Below, one piece after another: positions 5,596-13,857 of a stretch of DNA of 13,889 nucleotides. Numbering within the stretch: position 1 is the first letter of the stretch; the number at the start of each line of letters is the position of its first letter. The position numbers and the translations under genes are program-made. The DNA lies in contig CAYJVT010000011.1 in assembly GCA_964373695.1 (NCBI GenBank), forward strand, positions 8,046 through 21,934. The letters are read 5' to 3'. The notes beneath the pieces were generated by a model. That model made no database searches, was not told the origin of the DNA, and saw nothing but the letters and a program-made list of their open reading frames with translations. Source of the DNA: an uncultured archaeon. Its GTDB lineage: Archaea > Aenigmatarchaeota > Aenigmatarchaeia > GW2011-AR5.

Positions 5596-5702
5596 AGGCC
5601 GGGAAGCCGAAGGACCGGAAGGAAGAGAAGGGCAACGGCCGCGACCGCGCGTGCATCAGGCGCTCCAGCAGGCACGTGGCCCGCAACGGCAGACGCCACT
5701 GA
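5592..5702 (+). CDS. Small basic hypothetical protein, 36 aa (MKAGKPKDRKEEKGNGRDRACIRRSSRHVARNGRRH)
   Basis: Fills the gap exactly: ATGA overlap at 5592-5595, and its stop is followed by the GGAGG RBS of the next gene. Confidence 0.45.
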   Translation: MKAGKPKDRKEEKGNGRDRACIRRSSRHVARNGRRH

Positions 5703-5713
5703 GGAGGAAGCTC

Positions 5714-5965
5714 ATGAACGCATCATTCGCTTCGCTCGTTACCCTCGACGCTCTCTTCGTCATGTTCTGCGGCCAGCAGCTCGTCAAGCCGGAAGTAAAC
5801 ATGAAGGTGAGGGACGACGACGGCGAGCGGCTTGTGAAGGCGCAGCTTCGGGTCATCGTGCCCTGCGAGATGAAGATGCCCGCGGACAAGTGGATTCTCG
5901 TGATGGAAGTTGTTGAGGACCCGGCCGGCAAACTCGTCGGCATAATGCTGAAAGGGAGGACGTGA
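5714..5965 (+). CDS. Hypothetical protein, 83 aa
   Basis: GAGGAGG RBS at 5701-5707 favours ATG 5714 over the upstream GTG. GC3-rich codons. Confidence 0.7.
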   Translation: MNASFASLVTLDALFVMFCGQQLVKPEVNMKVRDDDGERLVKAQLRVIVPCEMKMPADKWILVMEVVEDPAGKLVGIMLKGRT

Positions 5966-6067
5966 GAGGAAGGAGAGCGCATCAACACGAGAGGAAAGTA
6001 GTTTGTTCATGAAGCACTGCCAGAGCAAGAAACCTGTAAGGAGGAAGAAGTCAGGAGACGTAGCAAT

Positions 6068-6322
6068 ATGGAAAGCATAGAGAGCTGGTGGCGGGTTTTC
6101 AGATACTTGCAGCAACGGCGACCCGGCAGGCCGGATATCGGATGCCCGACAAACAGGCTGATGACGTGTCTGATAACGGGCCGCGTCGGGAAAAAAGCCA
6201 AGGACAGGCTGAAGGCACATATCTTGGTGTGCGAGTCATGCCTGTTCTTGGTGGTGAAGGTCGCCATTTCACGATCCCAATGGGACAAAACTTCCGAAGA
6301 AGAGAAAGCACATGTCAGATGA
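6068..6322 (+). CDS. Stand-alone zf-HC2/ZAS (zinc-binding anti-sigma) domain protein, 84 aa
   Basis: C-x24-H-x3-C-x2-C motif (GCPTNRLMTCLITGRVGKKAKDRLKAHILVCESC). AGGAG upstream. No transmembrane or sensor domain. Confidence 0.65.
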   Translation: MESIESWWRVFRYLQQRRPGRPDIGCPTNRLMTCLITGRVGKKAKDRLKAHILVCESCLFLVVKVAISRSQWDKTSEEEKAHVR

Positions 6323-7022
6323 GAAGGACAGGAGCTTCGCGAGAGGCATCGCGCACCACTTCAACAATGCCCTTCATGGCATCTTGGGGAATCTTCAGCT
6401 TGTCATGAAGCACGAGCTTCCCGAAGAGGCCGCGGAGTCAGTCAGGGTCGCTGATAAATCGGCCACGAGACTTGCCGCTCTTGTCAGGCAGATGCTCGAC
6501 TTCATGAAAGCCGGGGACATCGCGCCGAGAGAGTTCCCCATATCGGGTGTCGGCAGGCTCATGGAAGACGAGTTCAAGAGCTTGGCCGGCCGTATCCAAC
6601 TCATCATCGACCTCCCGGCCGTCGTATTCACAGGAGACGCCGACAAGATCGTACTCATGCTGCGCCTGCTTGTCCAGCGCTCGGTGGAATCGCTGGAAGG
6701 CAGGGAAAACGGTCGGATAGTAGTGAGCGCGTTTCCAACAAGAAAGGAAGTGTCCGGGAAACGCAGGGATTTCCTCGTCTTCAGCGTCACGGACAACGGC
6801 CCGGCCATTCACGAGAACATGCTGGGTCACGTCTTCGAGCCGTTCTTCAACCCGACGGAACCGAACATACCAGGCGACCTGAAACTCGCCACTGTCAGCG
6901 CGATAGCGGCAGCGCACGGAGGATGGGCCGAATGCAATTCGGGCAATGCGGGGGCCATGTTCTCGGTGTACCTGCCGGCGGCAAAGCAAGAACCGGCTAC
7001 ATCGGAGAATCACATCGGCTGA
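6312..7022 (+). CDS. Sensor-less histidine-kinase-like protein (HisKA + HATPase_c), catalytically degenerate, 236 aa
   Basis: H-box GIAHHFNNAL, D-box DNGPAI, F-box FEPFF and terminal AHGG are recognisable. N-box asparagines and the G2 box GxGLG are missing (LMLRLLVQRS; PGDLKLA). Confidence 0.85.
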   Translation: MSDEKDRSFARGIAHHFNNALHGILGNLQLVMKHELPEEAAESVRVADKSATRLAALVRQMLDFMKAGDIAPREFPISGVGRLMEDEFKSLAGRIQLIIDLPAVVFTGDADKIVLMLRLLVQRSVESLEGRENGRIVVSAFPTRKEVSGKRRDFLVFSVTDNGPAIHENMLGHVFEPFFNPTEPNIPGDLKLATVSAIAAAHGGWAECNSGNAGAMFSVYLPAAKQEPATSENHIG

Positions 7023-7096
7023 AAGGACACCGGCACTAAGAACGAAAAACGAAGTGATTGCAGTAAACGCAGTTCACATTGACGGAGGGAATTGAA

Positions 7097-7675
7097 GTGA
7101 AAGCAGCAAGAACAATATTCTGCATCGTCATCGCCGCCCTGCTCTGCGCTGTTTGGGTTTCGCATCTCCACAAGAACTGGATGGTTGGCCTTGTCGGCGG
7201 CGCTGGAGCCGGCTTCCTGGTGGACTTTTTCGCTTTTGTATTGCCGGAATCCAGGAACGACAGGAAGAGGTTCCGCAAGGTCTTCGGCTTCTATCCCAAT
7301 CCTGGCGGTGATGCAGTTACGAGAGAAGCCGAGCTCAGGATCATCGGGCACAAAAGGGCAGTTCTCATCGAAGAGCTGGCCCGTGTGATGAGGATAATCG
7401 AACAGCTCGAGGCGAACTTCCGGATAACAAATTCGAATCGCGGGGAAATAATCGGAAGCCACACAAGGAAGTTGACGACTCAGCGAGAAGCGGCTTTTGC
7501 TATCCACCGGCAAATGGAGGAGATCGAGTGCCTGGCAATCAGGTTCGGGTACTGGGCCGCCCCTGAACCGAAGGTAGATGCGGTTGAGGCGCCGGCTCTG
7601 GTCACAGGCTCTAACGGCGACATCCCGAAGCCTGAGCCCGCCACAACTGTTTCACAACAGCCTCGGGTAGCCTGA
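7097..7675 (+). CDS. Hypothetical membrane protein with two N-terminal hydrophobic segments and a coiled-coil-like cytoplasmic part
   Basis: GGAGGG RBS at 7084-7089 favours GTG 7097. IFCIVIAALLCAVWV and LVGGAGAGFLVDFFAFVL hydrophobic stretches. Confidence 0.72.
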   Translation: MKAARTIFCIVIAALLCAVWVSHLHKNWMVGLVGGAGAGFLVDFFAFVLPESRNDRKRFRKVFGFYPNPGGDAVTREAELRIIGHKRAVLIEELARVMRIIEQLEANFRITNSNRGEIIGSHTRKLTTQREAAFAIHRQMEEIECLAIRFGYWAAPEPKVDAVEAPALVTGSNGDIPKPEPATTVSQQPRVA

Positions 7676-7702
7676 AGCTGCCGTCACGAAAGGAGCATTC
7701 CC

Positions 7703-7819
7703 ATGCTACTGTTCGCCGTCTTCGTCGTTGCTGTCGCAGTGCTCGCCCTCCTGTTCATATGGTGGGAAGAGCACAAGAGGAAGAGAAACAGGCAGCGCCC
7801 GTCGAGGATGTACGAGTAG
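7703..7819 (+). CDS. Small single-pass membrane protein, 38 aa (MLLFAVFVVAVAVLALLFIWWEEHKRKRNRQRPSRMYE)
   Basis: AAGGAG RBS at 7690-7695. Transmembrane helix followed by a basic tail (positive-inside pattern). Confidence 0.65.
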   Translation: MLLFAVFVVAVAVLALLFIWWEEHKRKRNRQRPSRMYE

Positions 7820-7997
7820 AGAAGGCCGCGGATGAAGAGGGGGCCCCGGTAATCCTTTGTTGAGAGGCGAAGGATGTGGGACATGTGGGCGTCCGCCGGG
7901 GCCCTCCAAAACCGAAACCGGTAGTAGTGAACCGAAGAAAGGAGGCAGCTCTTGCCTACATAAGAAGAGAAGTTAACCCGAACGAGGAGAACACACC

Positions 7998-8957
7998 GTG
8001 TTCTACATCCTGAGCATGTTCATAGCAGCTGCGTTCTTCTTCTTCATGAGGTGGTATGGGAAATTCATCGCCGAGAAGGGCACTTCTTCGCTGCCGCGGC
8101 TCTTGGGCAGGAAAATCAGGAAGGCCGCCGCCGCCATCTTGGTGGTGTGGGCCGGACTTCACACCATTCTCGGCTCGGTGAACCAGATTCCGGCAGGCAA
8201 TGTCGGCGTGGTCTACGAATTCGGCGCTATCGTCGACCAGGTTGGTGAAGGCCTGCAGTTCGTGGCGCCATGGAAGTCGGTGACAGTGGCCAGCATTCAG
8301 GTACAGGGTCACAAGTTCAATGACGCGAACAAAAACACTCTCACCGCTTTCAGTGAGGAGACACAGGAGGTCCTCATCTGGGCGACGCTCAACATCCGGG
8401 TGTCGCCAAGGGCAATCCAGGATCTGTACCGCACCGTCGGCCCGAACTACTTCGACATCGTGGTTGCTCCCCGCGTCGCCCAGAGCTTCAAGGATGAGAC
8501 GGTGAAGTACAAGAGCGTTGACATTGCTCCGAACCGCGAGGGCATCCGCCAGAAGGTGCGTGAAAAGCTCGAGAGCGAGCTGAGCTCCGTGTATTCCATC
8601 GAGGTTGTCGACATGCTCCTCGACAATATCGACTTCCAACCCGGCTTCAAGGCGGCCATTGAGGCCAAGCAGATTGCCACCCAGCAGGCCCTGGAGGAGG
8701 AGCAGAAAGTTGTCAAGGCGCGGCACATGGCGGAGCAGGCCGTCGAAAAGGCCATTGGTGAAGGCAATGCCATCCTGGCAGTGGCTGAGAAACAGGCCGA
8801 AGCCAACCTGAAGCTCAGCCAATCCCTGACGCCGGCCCTGATCCAGTACACCATGGTTCAGAGGCTCAGCGACAAGATTGGGGTGATGATACTGCCGCCG
8901 GGTCAGAACTTCATCCTGGGCGCTGATGTCCTGAGGGGAGCTTCGATGGTGCCCTGA
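7998..8957 (+). CDS. SPFH (band 7/prohibitin) family membrane protein, 319 aa
   Basis: GAGGAG RBS, N-terminal TMs, IPAGNVGVVYEFG...GEGLQFVAPW, and the C-terminal AAIEAKQIATQQA...EAEQ-type coiled coil typical of prohibitin-like SPFH proteins. Confidence 0.92.
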   Translation: MFYILSMFIAAAFFFFMRWYGKFIAEKGTSSLPRLLGRKIRKAAAAILVVWAGLHTILGSVNQIPAGNVGVVYEFGAIVDQVGEGLQFVAPWKSVTVASIQVQGHKFNDANKNTLTAFSEETQEVLIWATLNIRVSPRAIQDLYRTVGPNYFDIVVAPRVAQSFKDETVKYKSVDIAPNREGIRQKVREKLESELSSVYSIEVVDMLLDNIDFQPGFKAAIEAKQIATQQALEEEQKVVKARHMAEQAVEKAIGEGNAILAVAEKQAEANLKLSQSLTPALIQYTMVQRLSDKIGVMILPPGQNFILGADVLRGASMVP

Positions 8958-8977
8958 GCCCAACCTACCCACAGCAG

Positions 8978-9026
8978 AAAGGAGAAGATGAAGCCGAAAG
9001 GAGCCATGAAGGCGTCTTCTCTTTTT
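8978..9026 (+). terminator. Probable intrinsic terminator after the SPFH gene
   Basis: AAAGGAGAAGATG (8978-8990) pairs with CGTCTTCTCTTTT (9013-9025) using G-U pairs, with a U-run at 9022-9026. The loop is unusually long. Confidence 0.45.
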
Positions 9027-9084
9027 GCCTGATTTGTCAATTAAACGGGATGCAAAGTTATGGGCTTTGCATATGAAGTAGTCA

Positions 9085-9132
9085 AGAAACCTTATCTTTA
9101 AATAATTGGATATTAATATCATGTTAAGGTGA
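9085..9132 (+). promoter_or_regulatory. Archaeal-style promoter/operator/SD of the TA operon
   Basis: TTTAAATA at 9097-9104 (TATA-like), perfect palindrome GATATTAATATC at 9109-9120 (candidate antitoxin operator), and AGGTGA SD at 9127-9132. Confidence 0.5.
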
Positions 9133-9137
9133 TATTA

Positions 9138-9371
9138 ATGGTGAAGGCAATTGTAGAGCTGAACGAACATGCAAACAGGGTTATCAATGTAGTAAAGGCC
9201 AAGTATGACCTTAAGGATAAGTCTGCCGCGATAAATACTATGGCTCTTCAGTACGAGCAGGAGATTTTAGAGCCCGAATTAAGACCAGAGTTTATCGAGC
9301 GCCTCAAGAAAACAGAGAAAGAGCCCACGAAGAAAGTAAAAGACTTTGCCAGAGAGTTTGATATTGAATGA
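9138..9371 (+). CDS. DUF2683-family antitoxin, 77 aa
   Basis: MVKAIVEL...NVVKAKYDLKDKSAAIN...EILEPELRPEFIERLKK resembles archaeal DUF2683 proteins. It sits directly upstream of, and overlaps (ATGA), a RelE-type toxin. Confidence 0.8.
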   Translation: MVKAIVELNEHANRVINVVKAKYDLKDKSAAINTMALQYEQEILEPELRPEFIERLKKTEKEPTKKVKDFAREFDIE

Positions 9372-9634
9372 GCTATGAGGTTGAAATCAGAGACCATCTA
9401 TACGAGCTCTTCGAGAAAATGAAGAAAAAGGAAAGACAGAAACTAGAAATAATCAACAAAAAAGTCAAAGAAATCAGCGAAGAGCCTTATAGGTACAAGC
9501 CACTCAAGGCTCCGATGCAACATATGCGCCGTGTACATATAGCCGGAAGCTTTGTTCTCATATTCTCTGCAGATGAGAAAAGAAAAACACTTATTTTAGA
9601 AGAATTTACCCATCACGATGAGGCTTACAGGTGA
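9368..9634 (+). CDS. relE: RelE/ParE-superfamily type II toxin (archaeal RelE/YafQ-like mRNA interferase), 88 aa
   Basis: YKPLKAPMQHMRRVHIAGSFVLIF...FTHHDEAY motif pattern, size and basic composition, and TA operon layout. Confidence 0.88.
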   Translation: MSYEVEIRDHLYELFEKMKKKERQKLEIINKKVKEISEEPYRYKPLKAPMQHMRRVHIAGSFVLIFSADEKRKTLILEEFTHHDEAYR

Positions 9635-10061
9635 ATTGCAAAGCCAGAGTTCTTTCATAATCTGCCAGTAGTCCCACTACAATAGTCTTTAATATATTCG
9701 ACTGACAAGTATCTGGTAACTGATATGTGGGGTGTGAGTCCCCTGACAGCCCTCCGAACTGAAGATACATCCATTACCTTCCAGCCGCGACGAACCTAAA
9801 TAGATTCCGTGGTTGGCAGGACATCAAAAACACCCGCGCCCCACAGGGACGCGTTGATGCACCGCCGCGAGCCGGCTGAAAGGAGATGGAATCACCTCCG
9901 GAACGGAATTCATTTTTCATATTCCAGATTACGTCAAATTCGTCCTGAAACGCACGAAGGACACTGGAAAGACAAATCCTATAAGAGAGAATCGGCATTC
10001 AAGTCCGTTCTTCTAGAATGCTGCTCTCATTTACCAGAGATGAACGAAAGGAAGGCGAACC

Positions 10062-11816
10062 GTGAAAAAGATGGCCAACATTGTCCTGTCAATACTCGCG
10101 GTCACAGGACTTGACGCGATGAGGACAGACGCTTCAGCCCAGACACAATCTGGGATGACTATCACGACAAATTTTCCTGACACGCTCACGACAGGTATAG
10201 AGTTTTTGAGTGTGTATATTCAATCTGGCACAAGCGTATCATGCAGATACTCTTATACCACGGATTCGTACAACTCCATGGACCCCAGGACGACTCTGAA
10301 ATACGGTCCATACATCTGGCTTGTTTCAGGATTCGCCTCCGGCGAGAACACTATCAATGTCGCCTGCATGGACAACAGAGGCAATGAGGGGAAGCTGACA
10401 ATAAGGTTCTTTGTTGGACCGCTACTGTCAACGAATTTCCCCAAAATTATCACGACAACCAAGGCTTTGTTGCACGTGAATGCCACTTCCGGCTTCTCAT
10501 GCAGATACTCCACTGAAACGGACTCCTACGACTCCATGGAGGGTGTAACGTTAACAAACTCTCCATACGTATGGCTCATCACAGGCCTGACGAACGGCGA
10601 GAAGACGGTTTACGTCGCCTGCACGGATGGCAGGGGCAATGAACACAAGCTGACGGTGAGGTTTGTCGTGGACATACCTGGACAGGGAAGTCCAGTCTCT
10701 GGCGCCGGGGGCGGCAGGCAAGTACCTCCTTCGGAGCGCGGAATCATTGTCGCCAAGTTCGATACTGTGTCCCTCAACGGCTCTGTAACTACGGACGAGA
10801 TAAGCTACAAGGTCTTGGTGCCGAGAACTTCGGTTCCACTGAACCAGACATTCCCGATCAGAATCCAGATTCTCGGGGCCGACCGTTTGTTCGAAAGAGG
10901 CAGTCCCAGGAGGATGCTGATTCCCGGCGGGTTGGCCGTGTATGTATACGACGACGCGGGATACATGGCAGCCCCATCAACCATGCGGGTTTACAACTCA
11001 TATACAAAGTCTTACGAAGACATCAGGCCTCCCGAGCCTTTGGAAGAGGCTATTCTGGGGTTCGTGCGTGGAGGGCTGGGACTTTTTCTGGGCGTAGCAT
11101 CGACATTGGTAAACGTGCACGGGTTCGGAATAGCCGCGAATCTCGCGTACCATGCAGGCCAGGCTGCAGGCACGGCTCTTCTTGGAGAGAGCCCAAGGAG
11201 CACAGTTGAAAAGCAGAACCGCCTTCTGGAGATAGAAAGATATCTCGACAAATATGAGATACCGGTCTATTCAACACGGGTTGTGGATACAGGGGGATTT
11301 GAGTTCGAGGTCCCCCTTTCCTTCAGCAGGAGACAGACGTCCGTCTATATAGCAATAGGCCAGGTGATGACATCACGCAAATGGTATGATTCCCGTCTCG
11401 GGCTGGAAACCAAATCATATCCACCCAGGCTTATCATACTGCCCCTGGACAATTTGCGTGACCTGAGTTCCCCGCCGCCTGCAGGTCGTATGGCTGCGAT
11501 AGATGCATCTCCTGACAATGCAGCTTTTTCAGACAACCCGGCGTCTAGTGGCCTGTCCAATTCCCCGAACCCCTTCAACTCCTCGACGCAGATCACCTTC
11601 AAACTGGACGAGGAGCAGGATGTGACACTCGAGATACGTTCCATGACCGGCCAGCTTGTCAGGACGCTCGTCGATTCGAGGATGGAAGCCGGCATCCACG
11701 CCATTCATTGGGACGGAAAAAACGGCGCTGGCGACAACGTGGCATCAGGTATCTATCTGTGCCGGCTGAAGGCTGACAATCGGACAACAATGAGTAAGAT
11801 GACACTGATCCAGTAA
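10062..11816 (+). CDS. Secreted/surface protein with two tandem Ig-like repeats and a C-terminal FlgD_ig/T9SS type A sorting-like domain, 584 aa
   Basis: Signal peptide MKKMANIVLSILAVTGL...ASAQ. C-terminus NSPNPFNSSTQITFKL...G.LVRTLVD....AGIHAIHWDGKN..G..VASGIYLCRL is characteristic of FCB-superphylum secreted proteins. Confidence 0.88.
   Translation: MKKMANIVLSILAVTGLDAMRTDASAQTQSGMTITTNFPDTLTTGIEFLSVYIQSGTSVSCRYSYTTDSYNSMDPRTTLKYGPYIWLVSGFASGENTINVACMDNRGNEGKLTIRFFVGPLLSTNFPKIITTTKALLHVNATSGFSCRYSTETDSYDSMEGVTLTNSPYVWLITGLTNGEKTVYVACTDGRGNEHKLTVRFVVDIPGQGSPVSGAGGGRQVPPSERGIIVAKFDTVSLNGSVTTDEISYKVLVPRTSVPLNQTFPIRIQILGADRLFERGSPRRMLIPGGLAVYVYDDAGYMAAPSTMRVYNSYTKSYEDIRPPEPLEEAILGFVRGGLGLFLGVASTLVNVHGFGIAANLAYHAGQAAGTALLGESPRSTVEKQNRLLEIERYLDKYEIPVYSTRVVDTGGFEFEVPLSFSRRQTSVYIAIGQVMTSRKWYDSRLGLETKSYPPRLIILPLDNLRDLSSPPPAGRMAAIDASPDNAAFSDNPASSGLSNSPNPFNSSTQITFKLDEEQDVTLEIRSMTGQLVRTLVDSRMEAGIHAIHWDGKNGAGDNVASGIYLCRLKADNRTTMSKMTLIQ
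10164..10673 (+). repeat. Tandem intragenic domain duplication of ~83 aa (10164-10418 and 10428-10673)
   Basis: Both copies read TNFP...SCRYS..TDSY.SM......PY.WL..G...GE.T..VAC.D.RGNE.KLT.RF.V. Confidence 0.85.
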
Positions 11817-12209
11817 TCGGCGGCATGATATTCATGAGGATGTCACAGGCCGCGTCTGACGGAAATCCTGCCGCCCTTAGCCGAAAGGAGGTGCGTCAAG
11901 CCCATATAACATGATATAACATGACGCCTGTCAATTTTTGTGGAGCTATAGGCTCCGTAGGCCTGAAAGCAGAAATCCCAGTCAGACGTGGTGAAATCGG
12001 AGATTCGGCATGAAGAGCACCACTCTGAACCAGACCCGTCGCACCCGGCACATACCATCGCACGACGTCCTGAAGAAGGTGACGGTGCAGGGCCCGGCGG
12101 CAACAGCCCATCCGACAAGAAGGCAGCAGACGAGGTGACGTCTCCGGCGATGACCTCCAACAACAGGAGCCTGCGCACGGCCGAGGACCGTGTAGGCAGG
12201 TGCTGAACA

Positions 12210-12249
12210 GGCAGGGAGCTTCTCGGCTACCTCATAGGAGTTCCCTGCC
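12210..12249. other. 11-bp stem hairpin whose 5' arm recurs at 12810-12825
   Basis: GGCAGGGAGCT pairs with AGTTCCCTGCC (one G-U). There is no U-tract on either side. Confidence 0.45.
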
Positions 12250-12413
12250 GGTGTCCGCCTCAACCCCAACAGGAGGGCTAGAACCGCACGGCGGGCGTGA
12301 GACCACAGACGCATTCCATATACGCGTTTGCATTCCGCAGGATTCAACCTAAGGCAGCCGCAGCTGAAGGTGAATCACATCCGATATCCCCATCGGGTTT
12401 TGCAGAGGGTCTC

Positions 12414-12701
12414 ATGCCCAGGGCAGGGCCGGAATGTCAATGGCAGAAAGTTCCCGGTACATCCGGCCCTGCCCACAAAATCCGAAAGGAGTTCAACCTC
12501 ACAGAATGGGACATAAGAGAAACAAAGAGGAAGAAAGCGAAAAAATTCCGCAGGAAAATGGCGGAGCTGGACGTGGAGATTGACAAGGCTCAGGCTGCCG
12601 CCATGAGAAGCCTCGCTGACATCGAGCGTCTTGATAAGGAGATGGAAGAAGACAGCCCTGAGTGGAGGGCGTTCCTAGAAGAGGTCGATGCCAAGGCATA
12701 G
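12414..12701 (+). CDS. Hypothetical basic/acidic helical protein; start uncertain
   Basis: The C-terminal ~60 aa (KRKKAKKFRRKMAELDVEIDKAQ...) look like a genuine coiled coil. GAGGG lies upstream of ATG 12414. Confidence 0.45.
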   Translation: MPRAGPECQWQKVPGTSGPAHKIRKEFNLTEWDIRETKRKKAKKFRRKMAELDVEIDKAQAAAMRSLADIERLDKEMEEDSPEWRAFLEEVDAKA

Positions 12702-13146
12702 TCCAGGAAGAGGGCTTCCTGAGTATAGTCCGGCATGGGGTTGCGGATCTGACCCATGCATTCAGCCGAGGACAACAATCCGCTGCCGCAGTTGCAGTTA
12801 ACACTCACTAGGCAGGGAGCTTCTCCTCGGCCAGATCGTTGACACGATCCCACCGGCCGGGAAGAGACTGCTCAACTGAGGGCCTGCCGCGCGCCGGAGA
12901 GCCATGCGATTCAATTCTCCGGCTGCAGTTCACCGGTTAACCGTTCGTGAAAGGGGGTGAGTCCAAAGGGCACTCAAGTAAGGCCCACTGCATCCGCAAG
13001 GATGTACGGTCGCTCGTCGAGATACAGACCGAAGACGCCTGATAATTCCCGCTAGCGAAGATGAGGAGCCACAAGACCACTCTTCGGCTCCAAGAAGTCT
13101 TCCAACAGCCGGATTAGAAGGCGTCTCATGACGCGGAGGAACCGCC

Positions 13147-13278
13147 ATGCTGTCGAATTATCCGAACCCGTTCAACAGGATGTTGGGCACCGGCTACATC
13201 GACACCAAGAGCTTGGTGTTCCATCCCGAACGGCGCGATGAAATCAGCCTCTTCACCAAGCTGGTGACGTCGGCGTAG
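13147..13278 (+). pseudogene. 43-aa mini-ORF beginning with the T9SS/FlgD CTD signature (MLSNYPNPFN...), a probable gene fragment
   Basis: GGAGGA RBS at 13135-13140. NYPNPFN motif without the rest of the domain. Confidence 0.4.
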
Positions 13279-13506
13279 TTTCTGCATCAAGCCGACAAGA
13301 GGCAAGCAGAAGAAGGCGGGCGGAGCTCTCATGACAATGCCATGGAAGGCTTGTATGCAGTTTTGAGAGCCCCGCCCGCCGAGTTTTCTTGCTGTATACC
13401 GCACCAAGGATATGGGTTCGAACACAATTCCAGAAAATGAAGGAGAATTTTCTATGATGGTTCTGCGGGCGGCAAACCATCAACCCCCAACAACGAGGTA
13501 GAAGCC

Positions 13507-13719
13507 ATGAGCAAAGAATGGCACATCATCAGCGCAGAAACAGACACAACCGATGCGATGGCAGTGGGCGTTGCCAATGCCTTACTGCCAGGCCCGGATG
13601 TGGAACCGATCAAGACCTACACAGTGGAACACGAAGGATCCGGGGAAACCCGGCAGGTCGTCGCAAGGGACGAAACCCAGCTCGGCGAAAAGATCGCTGA
13701 GGGGGAATTCTGGAAGTAA
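13507..13719 (+). CDS. Small acidic hypothetical protein, 70 aa
   Basis: GAGGT RBS upstream, natural-looking composition, and a downstream terminator. Confidence 0.65.
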   Translation: MSKEWHIISAETDTTDAMAVGVANALLPGPDVEPIKTYTVEHEGSGETRQVVARDETQLGEKIAEGEFWK

Positions 13720-13824
13720 CGTTGTACCTGCCGCCCGCAGCACAGACGCATTATTAATAGAGTCTGCAGGCTGAGTATGAAGACGTACCCCCCTCATTTT
13801 TGTCCACTCACCCCCATTTGCGTC

Positions 13825-13857
13825 GGGAGAACGTCAGCGAACGCTCTCCCTTTTTTT
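13825..13857 (+). terminator. Rho-independent terminator
   Basis: GGGAGAACGT/ACGCTCTCCC stem (one mismatch) followed by T7. Confidence 0.75.

Noticed and set aside
9727-9756. GGGG-TGTGAGT-CCCC resembling a tRNA T-arm or att-site remnant
   Set aside because: The loop lacks TTC, no D or anticodon arm or CCA is present, and there is no second copy in the window.
10146-10156. CAATCTGGGAT, an 11-nt match to the CRISPR repeat inside the secreted-protein gene
   Set aside because: In-frame coding sequence with no periodic partner. A match this long to some part of a 37-mer is not unlikely in 14 kb.
11988-12206. 72-aa ORF and overlapping alternatives in 11843-12347
   Set aside because: Low-complexity, no convincing RBS, and several equally weak competing frames.
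13433-13481. GGCAAACCAT resembling part of a c-di-GMP-I riboswitch
   Set aside because: The other conserved elements are absent. The sequence is explained by a simple hairpin TGATGGTT/AACCATCA.
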